Below, in pieces: positions 30,037 through 43,307 of a stretch of DNA of 64,000 bases (positions are counted from its first letter, which is position 1; each line of letters opens with the position of its first letter). Below the pieces are notes generated by a model. The model did not search any database. It saw only the letters and a program-made list of their open reading frames with translations, and was not told where the DNA came from. A program made the translations under genes and the position numbers. Origin of the DNA: Syncephalis fuscata S228 (taxonomy: Eukaryota; Fungi; Zoopagomycota); assembly GCA_025786725.1 (NCBI GenBank), contig JAHLTZ010000002.1, positions 186,001-250,000 on the forward strand, read 5' to 3'.

Positions 30037-30565
30037 CTAAGCATGAAGCCATAACGCTAGTGCAAACAAAAATGCGCTTATCATGGTAATGGCCACAACA
30101 ACCGGGCCATATTGATCACCTGTCATTGAATAGCAATAATTAATAAACATTAAATCAATTCAGAGTAGCATCGTAATACTTACTGTAATCAGGCACATCT
30201 CGGTTGGCAATACGGTCCATACGCCAGTGATAGTAGCGCAAAGAGTAGAGCATCATACCGCTAGCTGCAGCCGTAAATAGCACAGCCAGCCAAGCTGCAC
30301 CAGGAAGTGAGGAGTTAAGAAAGCCAACGGCTACCGTCGTCAATACAACGCCCAGATTCAGCCAGTGGAATAGCGTTCGCTCGTTTGCCAGGTGGACCTT
30401 GGGCTCAACGCGTGCTGGCCGCGAAATGATACGTTCATAAGCTACTGGCGCTCCTTTTAACGTGCCATAGCCTGTACGTTGATGTAGACTATTTCCCGTT
30501 CTATCCGAGCCGATAAAACTATCGCTTTCGGCCAATGACAAACGACCACGGTTCGAAGTGGACAT
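30037..30565 (-). CDS. Vtc1-like DUF202 membrane subunit of the polyphosphate polymerase complex
   Basis: PARVEPKVHLANERTLFHWL, three TM segments, YSDQYGP; one intron. Confidence 0.85.
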
Positions 30566-31160
30566 TACTAGCCGTTTCAGATGAATATATAATAATTTAA
30601 CACTGTAAACTACTTACTAAGTGTTTAAAAAGCAACCAAGAAATGAATAAATGAGTGAGTAAACGACAGCAAAAAGAAAGGCTAGTTATTGCAAAACGTT
30701 TAGAGAAAGAATAAGAGGAGAGAGCGGCAAGGCGCTCAAGTTGGCAGTCAAGGAGAAATTATGCACTTGTATTGTTTTACAAGTATATGTATGTGCCCAA
30801 GTGGCAAGAAGGCCTGAATGGTTATAGAGTGAGAGAGTGAGAGAGTAGAAGAGTGCGAAAGAGAGAAAGAAAAAGAACCGTGTAAGTCAATATTAATACT
30901 AATGCCAATAGTAATAATAATGATGTAATATTGTGTCGAATATTCAAGGCACAGAGAGGAAAGACAAGTGTTTTTACACGATATTGGTTTAGTTAGTTTA
31001 TAATAAAATGAATGGAAAAATGAAAATGTTTATTCTGACTGAAACAACACAGTGTCATCGGCTTTTGAAAAAAGCCAGTGGCCACCACTTCATATCGCGG
31101 TAATCATAGATAAAAAGAGTAAGTGGTAACGACGACTGATGGATAGATAAGGTGGTATAA

Positions 31161-33757
31161 TTATGCGAATGGTGGTATTGATGGTGCTGGTGCCGGTGGT
31201 GGCGGCAATGGTATAGGCCCAGTTGATGGTGTATCCTGCAAGCTTGAGAATTTTAGGTAGAAATTAATAAGAACAGCAGCTAAGATGACTCCGACAAGTA
31301 CGCTAGGGCCTGCACGGTCGTCGTATGGGCCTGGTTCACGAGCCCGAATACGGTTCGAACGCCAAATGTACAAGTAAAGCGCGTAAATGAGAATACCCAT
31401 CGAAATGACCGTAAAGATAACACCGGCAGTTCGGCCCACTTTGTCGCCAAAGTTTAATAGACCCAGTGCTAAACCGCCAAGGACAACGGCAAAGTGGACC
31501 CAGGAAAGGAACGTACGCTCGTTGGCAAAGAATACTTTAGGCTCAACACGTACCGGTACAGCAACGCGTTTATCTGTCGTCGCTTTAGGGGCAATTGAGA
31601 TGTGGCGGGCCGTTGAACGACGGCGGCTACTTGATGCAGTGCTACTGCCACCACCAAATACACGGCCTAATGCGGCAGAGAATCGACTGCCTATACCGCC
31701 ACGATAACGACGACGACGATGCGACGACGAGGTAGACGAGGCAATGCTACGCGTTGGCGAACGTGACCGTCCTTGATGTAATGCAGCAGCAGTACTGCTA
31801 CTACTATGACCCAATAAAGGTGCATGTTCACTATTTCCATCATCACGTCGATTATGTCTCTTGCTTCGGCTATTAGATGGTCTCTTTTCGCTACGACGCG
31901 ATTTCGACGATAGATAGTCGTGTCTTTGACGAGGCGATGTGCTTAATGCAGCAATAGCACATGCATCATCAGCTTCATGTCGTCCATCGTCGACCACTAC
32001 TTCAATCGTGTCGTCATCAATGCCGTGGCCGGAACGACGGTGGTCACGATCAGAGTAGCCAGGCGAAACATCGCGTGAATTAGCACGGGACACTTCATGT
32101 GAACGTGAAGCCATTGAGTGCGGACGTGATGAAGTAAGCAGCGAGTTACGTGGCATTGATTTGGGCCGCTTTCTAATATCTTTGTCCATTTGTGGCAGCC
32201 AGAATGGCAGTAATTGAACGTGTGGTTCAAGTAGAGTGGCACAGCCATGAATAAACTTGGAAAACTTGGGCACTTCTTCAACCAAATGGCTTTGAACAAG
32301 ATTGGTTACCCAGTTGGGTGGCTCAGTGCCCACTTCAGTCTGTAGTTTAACTTCAAGAATGGCATATGGGAAGCGGCATATCTCTGAATCAGGTAGATGA
32401 GAGAATGGATAGTTAGTGCCAACATCGGTACGTCGCCAGTTATCGCCAGCACGTGTCTTGCCATCCATGTTGTCTTCACGAATTAGACTAAGTTCAGTGT
32501 CGAGTGAAATACGCACGGTAGCGTCACCAGGAAGCTGGAAGGCTGTACGGTTGTAGAAAGTACGCATTGTTGGCTTTAAGTTCTTGTTGTGCAACGATCC
32601 TTGAATCTCTGCAGCCAGTACTTCTAAGGCGTCAATCTCTACTGGCTTACGAGTACCAGCGGCCCGCATCTTAGCAATGGTTTTATCAAGCGTATATTCG
32701 CCACGTAGGAAAGCGTTGACATGCTTTTCCTTAAGTGGAAATCGTTGTTTAACACTTGTTTCACCGGTCCAGTCTTCTCGGTGTGTTTTACGTTCAATAA
32801 ATATTTCATTATTGGTTACTGGTCCATACCAACGGAAACGAACGGCTTCGGCACCTTCCGTCTTTTCTAAACGACCTTGATACAAGTCAAGCTCCTCATT
32901 ATCAAAATAAATCGAGGAAATGGCTGGATCTGGTGCAGAGGACGGACCGCCTGCTTCATCGGCCATGGAGCCAGTGTTTTTCGATGCTTGGAAAAGCAGT
33001 ACAGGTAGATACTTGAGTACGTAAAACTTGAGTTCCAATACATTGTCTGGATGGACCCAGTATTTAGTAGTGCGGCGGACAAAGTCCTGGGCGCCAGATC
33101 CACCGGCAGCCGCTGAACGACCAACTGGGTCACGTCCACCGTTACGTACAACGTCGTAAAGACGTGATAATTGCAGAATAAGGTCGTCAAAGTTCTCTCG
33201 ATAGAAGGGACGGGCATTGAGGCGGACCATGAACATTGGCTTCAACACATAGCCGGTGTGCTTGTCGTGCTTCTTGATAATCTTAAGAAAGCCGCTGTAA
33301 TTCAAACGAGTGAATCGAGCCAATTCATTAACTTCTTCCAGCACTTGATTGACTTCTTCTTCAATCTGCTGATAGGACGCTGCCTTTTCTTCCTCGCTTA
33401 ACTCGCCAGTCTCTTCTTCGCCTTCCACTGGCTCTTGTGCCGTCTCTTGACGTAGTCGCTTAACACGCTCTTCAAGCGATTGTACTCGTCGATGGATTTC
33501 ACCGAGCTTAACAACTTGAAAGCCGTACACCTAAAGGACACATGATAATTAGCAGTCAATTCGTTATACGTAAAATAAACACTACTTACTTTTTCCAATT
33601 CACGCTCCAATAGCTCTACGTAATAGGCTTCATCGCTTTCTTGATAGCTACCACCCTGGGTACGATCTTTAAGCTGTCGCTTTAAGCCATCATAATCAAG
33701 GTAATAAAAGCGCCATTCTGGAAACAATCCTTCCTTTAGTTGAGAGCCAAATTTCAT
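31161..33757 (-). CDS. VTC4: Vacuolar polyphosphate polymerase (SPX + VTC + DUF202)
   Basis: MKFG SPX start, [57 protein letters not shown]; one coding intron and a probable 5'UTR intron at ~33773-33979. Confidence 0.9.
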
Positions 33758-34408
33758 TGCTTGTATGTTATCTGTTAAGTAGAATCAATCCACGCAGTAT
33801 TAGTCAGTTTGATGGTCAAGAAGAGGAGAAACGGAAAAGATGCAATGTCTGGATATCGTGTAGCATCCTTTGCTTTTAACCAAACAAGGACGCCAGACAA
33901 GTTATGTCCATTGTTCCTTCATTGTTTCAAATAGTTCAAAAGCCGATACCTGCCCGGGCACAGATTACAGGTTACTTACCAGTTAGTAGACTATTGTCAA
34001 TAGTAACTAGTTATACACCCCCGTTCTTCTTGTTGAGATAGACCAATACGCGGTAGCGAAAAGAATAAAATAAGTACTTTGAAGTAAAGATAATATAGAA
34101 GATGTTATTTCAAATAGAAAAGAGTGTAGAATAACAGCGTTGCCAGTAAATAGAATAGTGTATCTATCTTAGCCAGGCACTGTATAGCAATAAATCGGAT
34201 AAGAAGGTGGGGCCAGACACAGACTAGTGAGTGGATATTGGCAAATCAACGAAGGCTGGTCACCAAGAGAACGAGGCGGGGTATTTGCTGGCTATGACAA
34301 GGATGGCACGCGTATACGCACACACATGCACACACTTGCAGGCTCGTGATATTAATAAAATAATAAATAGAACGGATATGAATTTCTTCGGTAACAACCG
34401 TAGATTAT

Positions 34409-34414
34409 CACGTG
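34409..34414. promoter_or_regulatory. CACGTG E-box upstream of VTC4 (possible Pho4-like site; a second copy lies at 35024-35029)
   Basis: The motif is present. VTC genes are PHO-regulon targets in yeasts, but function here is unproven. Confidence 0.3.
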
Positions 34415-35183
34415 TATGAGTATCCTTATTAGTATAATAATACGTGTTAATAATAGAAACAATTACTAAAGTATGATTAATATTATAGTAATTGTAGATT
34501 TGTTACGATCGAATGACAAGATCAAAGTGGATAGAGTCAATAAATGGCACCAATAGATGGATATTAAGAAGAGTAGACGAAGTATCGTTAATGTGATCAA
34601 TAAAGAAAAGACACAATGATAAGAACGCTGCTGTTAAATAGAAGCCAATGCACGGGAATAGCGGTAAAATATATAATATTGGTACAGCTATTTAGTATAA
34701 TCAACTTGCTACTATTATTTACTACCTGGCCGTGGGTACACAATATCTGTGAAACACCGGTTTGACTTGTCCAATAATTCATGCACCGTATGCACAGCAA
34801 TTTGCAAAGAAAAGGGCTATTTTCTCGGTTACTTTGCTTGGGAATTTTCTATTAAAACAAATGTGAAATGGGCTTGAAAAAAGATGAAAGATAAAAAAGG
34901 CCTTTAAGCTCCGCCTATAATACACGCCTATACCACATGTAGAAACTGAGAGGGAAATACGCAGATCAATCAACTTGTATGTTGTTTTGAGAGTGTATTA
35001 CAATAAATCTTTAATGATATGTACACGTGTGTTTCATACTAATATATTTATTGCCTTGAGACTGGTACATTTAAATGATCATAGAGCAGTTTTACAAATG
35101 ACATCAATTACTGTCATTTCATCATTAAGCACAAAAGCATAATGTTTCAGTTCAAGCAAGTTTTAATCAAATCAGAATGTGAA

Positions 35184-35871
35184 TTACGAAAGCAACTTGA
35201 AGGCAATATAGCCACCGACAATCAAAACGGGTACAATAATACGTAGTGCACTAAATAGATGAATTAATACAAATTTGATATACATAATATAGCATTATTA
35301 TTAATAGTAATAAATTATAAATATCATAATACAGTATATTTAGTTTTAATATTCTATAACTTACCTTCCTTCCTCAACAGGTGTACGTTTAGCCGATGGC
35401 AATACATTCTTTTTAGCAACAGGTACCGACTATTAATAATACAAATAACATTATTAGTACACGTATTAGTCAGCTATTAAAGCTGCTATTTGCAAAACTT
35501 ACACTTTGGTCTAGTTCGCCTACAAAGTATTTTTCGAGCATTTCACGTGCCTCCTCGCTATGACCGACATCCTCGAATGCCTCGGTACAGTCTAGGCCGG
35601 CTTGTTCAAGCAACACTTCCTCACCGCCTGGATGCTAAGTTGCAAAGAACAAGCATAGACTAATAAGTATACAGGACAGAGACAGCTACGACAGACCTGT
35701 GCTATTTTATAGACACGTCTACCATGGTATTGACGCTGCACTCGTCCATACTAGCGCAAAACTTACCTCTTCAACAAAATTTGAAATGTCATAGACTTTG
35801 CCGTGAAGTGCGACCCATAGGTTCTTCTTGTTGTTATGTTTGCTAATTTCCTGAAGCGTAATAGTTGCCAT
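35184..35871 (-). CDS. CYB5: Cytochrome b5, tail-anchored
   Basis: [48 protein letters not shown] and a C-terminal TM segment. Confidence 0.92.
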
Positions 35872-36478
35872 GATCTTAATAGGTAGTTTGATTTAATACA
35901 ATAGCCGCAAAGAGGGTCACGATAATCAGGTTCTTATAGGTACGAAAAAAACAAAGAAGAAGCCAAAGAGATCCTATTCGGAACGATAAAGAGGCAAATA
36001 CCGAGAATAAGAATGAAATAAGAGAGCGGAAGGCAGAAAGCGAAGAACAAGAAAAGGCCACGGATGTAGGGATTAGACACACATGAGCACGTACGCACAT
36101 CGGAGAAAGGAACAATTCAACCGATTGATGTCGTTTGAATAGCTCATTGGTGGATTCACTCCAAATGGCACTGTATGATTGGGCGAACCAACCTGATGAT
36201 GTGCAAACAAATACCTAATGGATCATTCTAGATTATTATTGTTGGTCCATACTATTCTATTTACATCAGAACCATTAAAACAATGGTAATAAAAATAGCC
36301 ACTTTGTTGTTATTATAACAGAATACAATGCTATTAAGGCTAAAAGGCCTTGAACAATCCATTTAGGTACATACATACATATTGATAAATAGAACAACAA
36401 TAAAACATTATACTTTAGTGCAAGTACATTCTAGTCAGAAAAAGTCCAGTGATAAACTAAGATTTTTTAATTCAATGT

Positions 36479-38638
36479 CTAAGCATCAGGGTGCGTAATA
36501 ATGACATCGTCAATCTTGAGGATCATTTTAACAAGCTGTGTAGCCAACAAGAATTGCTGTCGCTTAGAAATAAGCGGATCAAATACATGCTGTGCTCGCA
36601 TATCTATACACAAATAAATTCATTGATTTTTGTTAGCTAATGATTGATCTGTTGGCGTATTATTATCATCAACTTACCATTGGATCCCTTCATTAGACAG
36701 TCAATACCGAGACGGCTATTGCCATCGACAGCCTGTTGTGATTTAACATCGGCTAATGTTTCAATCGGAGATAGACCGCTATTTTCCGCCAATGCCAATG
36801 GCGTGGCATCAAGAGCGGTTGCAAATGCACGCATGGCATATTGCTCAATTGATGACACCTAAATAATTTGTAAGTCTACTATCTCTGTTCATGTTTATTA
36901 CAGCTATTTACCTTATCGGCGGCTTGTTCAACAGCCAGTGAGCAGCTAATTTCAGCAGCACCGCCACCATATACTACACGATTGTCACGGACCAAATTGC
37001 GTACAACACAGATGGCATCATGAAGGGATCGCTTAGCCTCGTCGATAATCTATCATGTCAATAACATAATTAGTTATAGTATCATTAGGTTAGCAAACTT
37101 GATGATTAATTACCATTTTGTTGCCACCACGGACAAACACCGTAACGGCACGGGAATTGGCACACTCTTCAATAACAATCATGCGGTCCTTTGTAGTTCC
37201 AAATGAGACTTCACGTACAATGCCGGCCTTACCCAGTTTATCAGCCGTCAAATCCTCAAAACGAGGCACAATACGGCCATTAGTGGCGATGGCAATCAAC
37301 TAAAATATATCTACTAAGTAATAGCTCATATATTAAATTACTATGGCAAAATACCTCAATTTCTTGGCCGCCTACCCAACGCACTGCTGGCAGTTGATTT
37401 TGCATCAACAAGTGGTTGGCCTCGTCGTCAAAGCCCCATTGGCAAATTACAAGATTGGCGCCAGTGTCCTTCACTTGCTTGATCATTTCTTCAAACTTTT
37501 GACGTTCATACTCTTGTAGCTTTTGATACTCTTCGACGTTGTTAATATTTAGCTGATGCTTGGTCTTTGGCTTAGGTGGTTCAAATGGACAGGTAAGAAT
37601 GGCCATACGTGCATCTTTGACTTGTCGAGGCATTTGTGGCTGAGAAAAGTCCTTGTCAATAACTACACCTTGAATAAGCTGGGTGTCGGCTAGTGAGCCG
37701 CCAACTTTGCCGTCAACCTTAATCAAGTCAAATTGGACATCCTTGCGCTCAAGATCTGCTACTGACAACACTGCATCTACAGCAATTTGCGCAAATTGTT
37801 CATGGCATTTGGATACACTGATTGAATTGTTAGCCATTTTCATTACTCATATATTACACTTACATCTTGCTGCCTAGACTGGTCATGGCGCATTTAAACA
37901 AGTTTTCCGTATTATCCTTGCTGAATGGTACAATGTCTGAAATGGTATCAAGATGCGCAACTGCAATCTGACACGCATGTTCAAATCCATCAGCAATACG
38001 AATAGGATGAATGCCACGATCTAACAGTTGCTCTGCCTGCTCAAGCAATGCACCTGCCAGCACTATATGCAACATGTACAATGAGCCTATATGCTCATAA
38101 AATAATCGTATTATCTACTTACCAACTACACCAGTAGTACCATCGCCAATCTCGTCATCTTGCGATTTGGATAGCTGCACCAATAGCTTGGCCACCTGGT
38201 GTTCAACTTCCATATCATTCAAAATGGTAGCGCCATCGTTGGTCACCGTGATGTCACCATCGGGGGAGATCAATATCTTATCCAAGCCTAAATACGTTTA
38301 TTTAGTACTATTACTACATACTATCTAATCGCCAATTGCAGTAGAATCTATAACATACCACGTGGACCCAAAGATGATTTAATAATGTTGGCTACAGTCT
38401 TGGCCGCTAGAATATGTGCCTACATAGATGAAGTGATCGCAAATATAACGTTAGTCAGAGCACAGATGGTGTATAGTGGCAAATACACCATATGGCAATC
38501 ATCTTGATTGCCTTCTATTTTGTAAAAAACGCAGCCTACCTTTTGCGCATCTAAGCCTGTAACTCGCGATTTCCTATCTTGTTCACGAACAATGATGAAT
38601 GGACGACCGTACTCGTCAGTTGCATAGACAGCATCCAT
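36479..38638 (-). CDS. CCT5: Chaperonin CCT/TRiC subunit epsilon
   Basis: [47 protein letters not shown]. Confidence 0.96.
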
Positions 38639-38854
38639 GATGTACAAACTAATAAGAGATCAGCGATGAGTAGGCGACAATATAAAGAGATCAACAGGAT
38701 TAGGACGTGAAAATTGATGATGGTGATGACGAAGGTGCTGTTAGTAATAATCTCACAGTTGTTAAAACGAAATTAAAAACTAATAAAACAAATCCATTTT
38801 ATACACATAGAAAAAGAGGCAATACAAAACTTTAATATCATAAAAAGCAGACAA

Positions 38855-39460
38855 TTAACTGTTGACGGAGAATTTGTATCTATTCACGTATTACTGTTAG
38901 TATTGTATAAATGTTACAAGTATCATCTACTTACCCGCATTTGACACAATTGTAGAAAATAGTTTGGCCTTCATCGGCTGAGCGTAACTGCATCGTGTGG
39001 AAAGACATCTCGGGTGCACCACATTTTGGACACTTTTCTTTAATCTACGGTTCATCTGTTAGTATATTATTTAACTTGCAAATATATTTATGTACCGTGG
39101 CAGCTTTTTCACGTTTATTGGTCTGTTGTACCAACATGCGCTTTAGTTTAAGTGGTGAATTGAAGGCATTTTCCGAACTTTTTGTTACCACTTCGAACGA
39201 TTCAAACACTGTTTATCAGCAGTATCAGCATAACTATTATATACATATATGCAGCGTTTTCTGTGTATAATAGCTACATTAGAGTAATATAATACTAGCT
39301 ACTTACATCGCGTTGATTGAGAATCGCCACATTGATTGCAAACAATTACAGTTTGTTCAGCAATGGAATCCAACAAGTTGCCACAGGAAGGACAGAAGAA
39401 CAGCGATCCATACTGAGAACGGTTCTCGAAACCATGAGATGACGACGAGTATGTTGACAT
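38855..39460 (-). CDS. RPA12: RNA polymerase I subunit A12
   Basis: [14 protein letters not shown]...CNQCG and IKEKCPKCG...[22 protein letters not shown]; four exons, missed by the ORF track. Confidence 0.92.
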
Positions 39461-39914
39461 GCTTTGGCTGTAGTAAAAGCAACAAGAATCAAATGAATTA
39501 ATAAGAAAAAAAGAAAAATATTGTCATGTTTTGATTGTAAATTGCGCAACTGATTATTGTTTTTTATCAACATATGCTAATGATCTTTTTTGCAAATTAT
39601 AATAAAAAGTTATTTAATTTTTGTCTATTATTTGAATTATTTAAACAGCATAAAAATCTGTATTTTTATACAAATTAAAATAATAAATAAATGTTATTAG
39701 TTTATGCACATCGTGTATTATAAACAATAGGTTCAAGCATTGGCAACTCTATCATACTATTATGAAAAGTGCTGATTGATCATTATACATTATAATAGTG
39801 CGTTAAGCTGCACATATTAATTGCTAATAAAAGCAACATTTTAATGGAAAACTAGGTCGCAGACTAACAGCTTAACGCAATATCATAACAATTGTGTCCT
39901 ATGGCTGCCAAGAC

Positions 39915-40470
39915 AAATATGCAGATATTGGTCCAAAAGCAGTTACTTTATAGCGTGTATTTCTAGAATGTAAATGACAAAATGTAGTAATCTACGCTTT
40001 ACAATGCGACAAACTTATAACTATCTGAATTGTACCAATTAGTTATCCACCATGCAAAAAATCATAACGCGTGTAAGAATAACACTTTATTTAGCATATT
40101 TCGCATTAAAATGGCCTATCTTTGTCTACTGCTTAGTCTTGCTTTATTCAGCCTGCTAGCATCAGCCTAAAATTAATCATATGTACGCACAGTCATTCTA
40201 TTATTAGTTTCAACTGTTTTAAACTAATGCCAACAGGTTAAATATGCCAAGGCTAAGTGATAGACAAAGGTGAGTAATGCTGGTATGAGATGTGTTGAAT
40301 GGACAATCACTTATGGAAGCGTTGCTATCTGTCACATGGTGGATAAGTAATTGGTACAATTCAGGTGATTGTAGATTCAACGCACTACAACGCACATATC
40401 AACCCCGCTATCATTTATATGATACAAACAAACGCCACAGTTACTTGTTTTTGGAAGACTGCATATTATT
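39915..40470. repeat. Imperfect foldback (inverted) repeat centred near 40195
   Basis: CTGAATTGTACCAATTAGTTATCCACCATG (~40025) pairs with CATGGTGGATAAGTAATTGGTACAATTCAG (~40334). TTTGTCTACTGCTTAGTCTTG (~40121) pairs with CAAGGCTAAGTGATAGACAAA (~40248). Outer arm limits are approximate. Confidence 0.7.
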
Positions 40471-41430
40471 CATTTGATTGTTCTAAGCTATCAGGTCACA
40501 ATTCAATTTTATTTTTAGAAAATTAGTTTTATTATCCATCAGCATGAGCCGCTTTAACGTAGTAGTGTGGTGAATGTAGCTAGCTAAAGCTTGGCAGAGT
40601 TAATTATACGGTGTGACTTTGATGTTTTGTGAGACACACAAAGAAATCAAAATCCGTGACACTCATAGATATGTAACACTCTATACACTCATACTTGCGG
40701 AACTCTGCCAGTATGAGCGATCATGTGAACGTTGCAACAATGAACAATTATGTACACGACCTCCATAAAGACATTAAATAAATACTCACATGTTGTAGCA
40801 TTCAAAATATCAAAATTACTGATTATTTTATTTGTTCGAGCTTTCATACTTGCAGTGTCGAGTTTGAATTGGTAAAAACGCTCTAGTGTTTTACTATTGA
40901 CATTTGCTATACCGACGTATCAACAAGTCAGCACTATACTAAATCTATCTTATACGCTGTATACTAAGTCTTGATAAAAGTAAGGATGCAACAAGCTGTT
41001 GATTATTTGGGACTGTCGACTCGCGACTACAATAGCCAAACGGTACTGCTATCGGCTACGTTGATAGCAATTGTAGCCTTTATATTGTCCGATTTGTTTG
41101 GCGCAAAACAAGTAAGTTGTTGCAATATATATAGTTGCTTGCTAACAACTAATTAGCATGGTAAAGGGCCGCCAAAGGTTAAATATTGGATTCCCGTAGT
41201 TGGTCACGGATTAATTTTATAATCAATCGAAATAATTCTTTATGGAATGTAAAAAGAAAGTACGTTTATTGATTCTAGTATGCTTAATTTACTTAACATT
41301 TACAGTATGGAGATGTGTATAGTATTCTAATATTTGGTCGCTGGATAACAATAATTGGAAGAAGTGAACAGCATGATGTAATCTGTGCACCATCCGAACA
41401 ATTAAATTTTAAAGAAGCCCTTGACGATGC
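40221..41430 (+). repeat. Inverted-repeat arm B (P450 promoter plus first exons)
   Basis: Nearly identical to the reverse complement of 14410-15617 over the first ~1 kb. Confidence 0.95.
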
Positions 41431-43160
41431 AAGTAAAACAGAGAATAGTATTTAATACATAAAGCTTACATCAAATAGGTCATTGATACTGCCTTTATTT
41501 TTAACGATCCGATTCCACGTGATCGATTCCATATCGGCACTTTGCGTAAGAATTTGGCAAAACAACTTGGAAAACTGCATTCCCGTATGATGATAAGAAT
41601 TGTGCAATCTTTTCAAATACCATAAGCAGTATGTACATATGAAATTGCTATATATTTGGTGCACTAATAGCAATGTGAATTGATAGGCGCATCTACAGAT
41701 TACTATATGAAAGATTCTTATAATTTTGTTCATCAAATGGTTGGAAAAGCAAGTAAGCCACACTAATATAATACTAATAGACTATGCTAATTTTATATTT
41801 AGTGGCGGCGTTTATATTTGAAAACGAAGTAAGATTATCGGTAATTTAATGACATTTCCTTTATTTATATTATTGCTATGTAGGAACTCCAAACCAATTC
41901 AGAAGTGATACGCATGTTGTGCACAATCGCTAATGATACAGATATAGCTGCAAGTTTAAAAATGATATTCCCGCTCAAAGTATATCGGTAAGTGTAAATA
42001 TGTAATAAATCAAGTAAATATTTATTTGTCATGCTAGTTGGATTTTCCGACATATAACTGCTTACAAAAAAAATCATAAGCTTTCCAGTGAGATTTTTGT
42101 ACCTGAGATTCAACGTCGCCGTGATATGAAAACCAAATTGGGCGATGATTATGTCTCGTCAGTAAGCACAGAATATATAGCATAAATGAACGTGTTTATT
42201 GACCCGTGTTTTAGTATGACATGCTGGAATGGATCACATTTACTGAAGATCCAAACGGACGTTTATACAATGTCAATATTGTAGCCAATCGTGTTTTAGA
42301 GGCCGCTTTTGTGGCCGTCTCGACGACATCAAACAACACACTGCATTTATTGTTTGATATGGCTAGCTATCCTGACTATCGGTAAGTCAAATTACAATAT
42401 CAAATACGCAAATTAGCTTATTTGTTTAAAGTAAAAAACTCCAAGATGAACAGAATGAGATTATTCATCGTTATGGAAATGATATTACAGATGAATCTTT
42501 AAGGGGAATGACATTCCTTGATGCATTTGTACGTGAATCACTTCGTGTCAATGGAAATGCTCGTAAGTAATTGTATAAAGCACATTTATATAATTACTAA
42601 TTGTTTACGATATACAACAGAGGCGGTCAGAATAGCTTTAGATGATGTTCAATTGAAAAGCGGATATGTAATTCCAAAAGGTAGATTTAGACATATAAAC
42701 AAATATCACACTAACACGTAAATAGGAACGCTGTGTGTCGCTGATGGACGAGAGATTAATATTGCAGAAGATCTATATGGGCCAGATCCTGTGCAATTTA
42801 ATCCATATCATCACATTAACACCAACACGGGCTTGCTACTAAAGCATCGGTATGTATGAACAATGCATAATATTAATGCAACTAATTGTTGATTTATAGA
42901 CGGTCACCAAATCATTCACGATATTTGGCGCTGGGCAGTAAGTAATAGCAGTAGCTATGGTTTTACACCTAACATTGTATAGATATGCATGTCCAGGTCG
43001 CTTTTTGGCTGTCATGACAATGAAATCGGTTGCTGCTTATGCATTGCGCCACTATGATTTTAGTACAATGTCTGGTAAACGACCAGCTAATTTTTTGCAG
43101 AATAATGTCGTATATCTGCCAGTCACTGAACCAATTATTTTTAAAACGCGTTTTGAATAA
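40986..43160 (+). CDS. Cytochrome P450, copy B (several single-base indels; possible pseudogene)
   Basis: Same exon structure as copy A, with RESLR and FGAGRYACPGRFLA. Indels at ~41212, ~41234, ~41617 and ~41717 break the frame relative to copy A. Confidence 0.8.
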
Positions 43161-43307
43161 ACTATTAGTATTGTTTAATAAGTTTATATAGTGAGTTTTT
43201 TACTTTTGCTGTTTTTAAGCTATAATAATATAAGTATTTACTACACCGTTTAATATAATATAGTATTAAACGAATTATCAATTGTTGTTAACATTATACT
43301 AAACTAT

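Noticed and set aside
31387-33401. Overlapping and antisense ORFs within VTC4 (similar ones in CCT5, the chitinase and the methyltransferases)
   Set aside because: Shadow ORFs of GC-richer coding sequence with no independent motifs.
36120-36230. TGATGA/CTGA words suggesting a snoRNA upstream of CYB5
   Set aside because: Boxes are not in proper order with a terminal stem and no rRNA antisense element was recognised; CCAAT boxes suggest a promoter.
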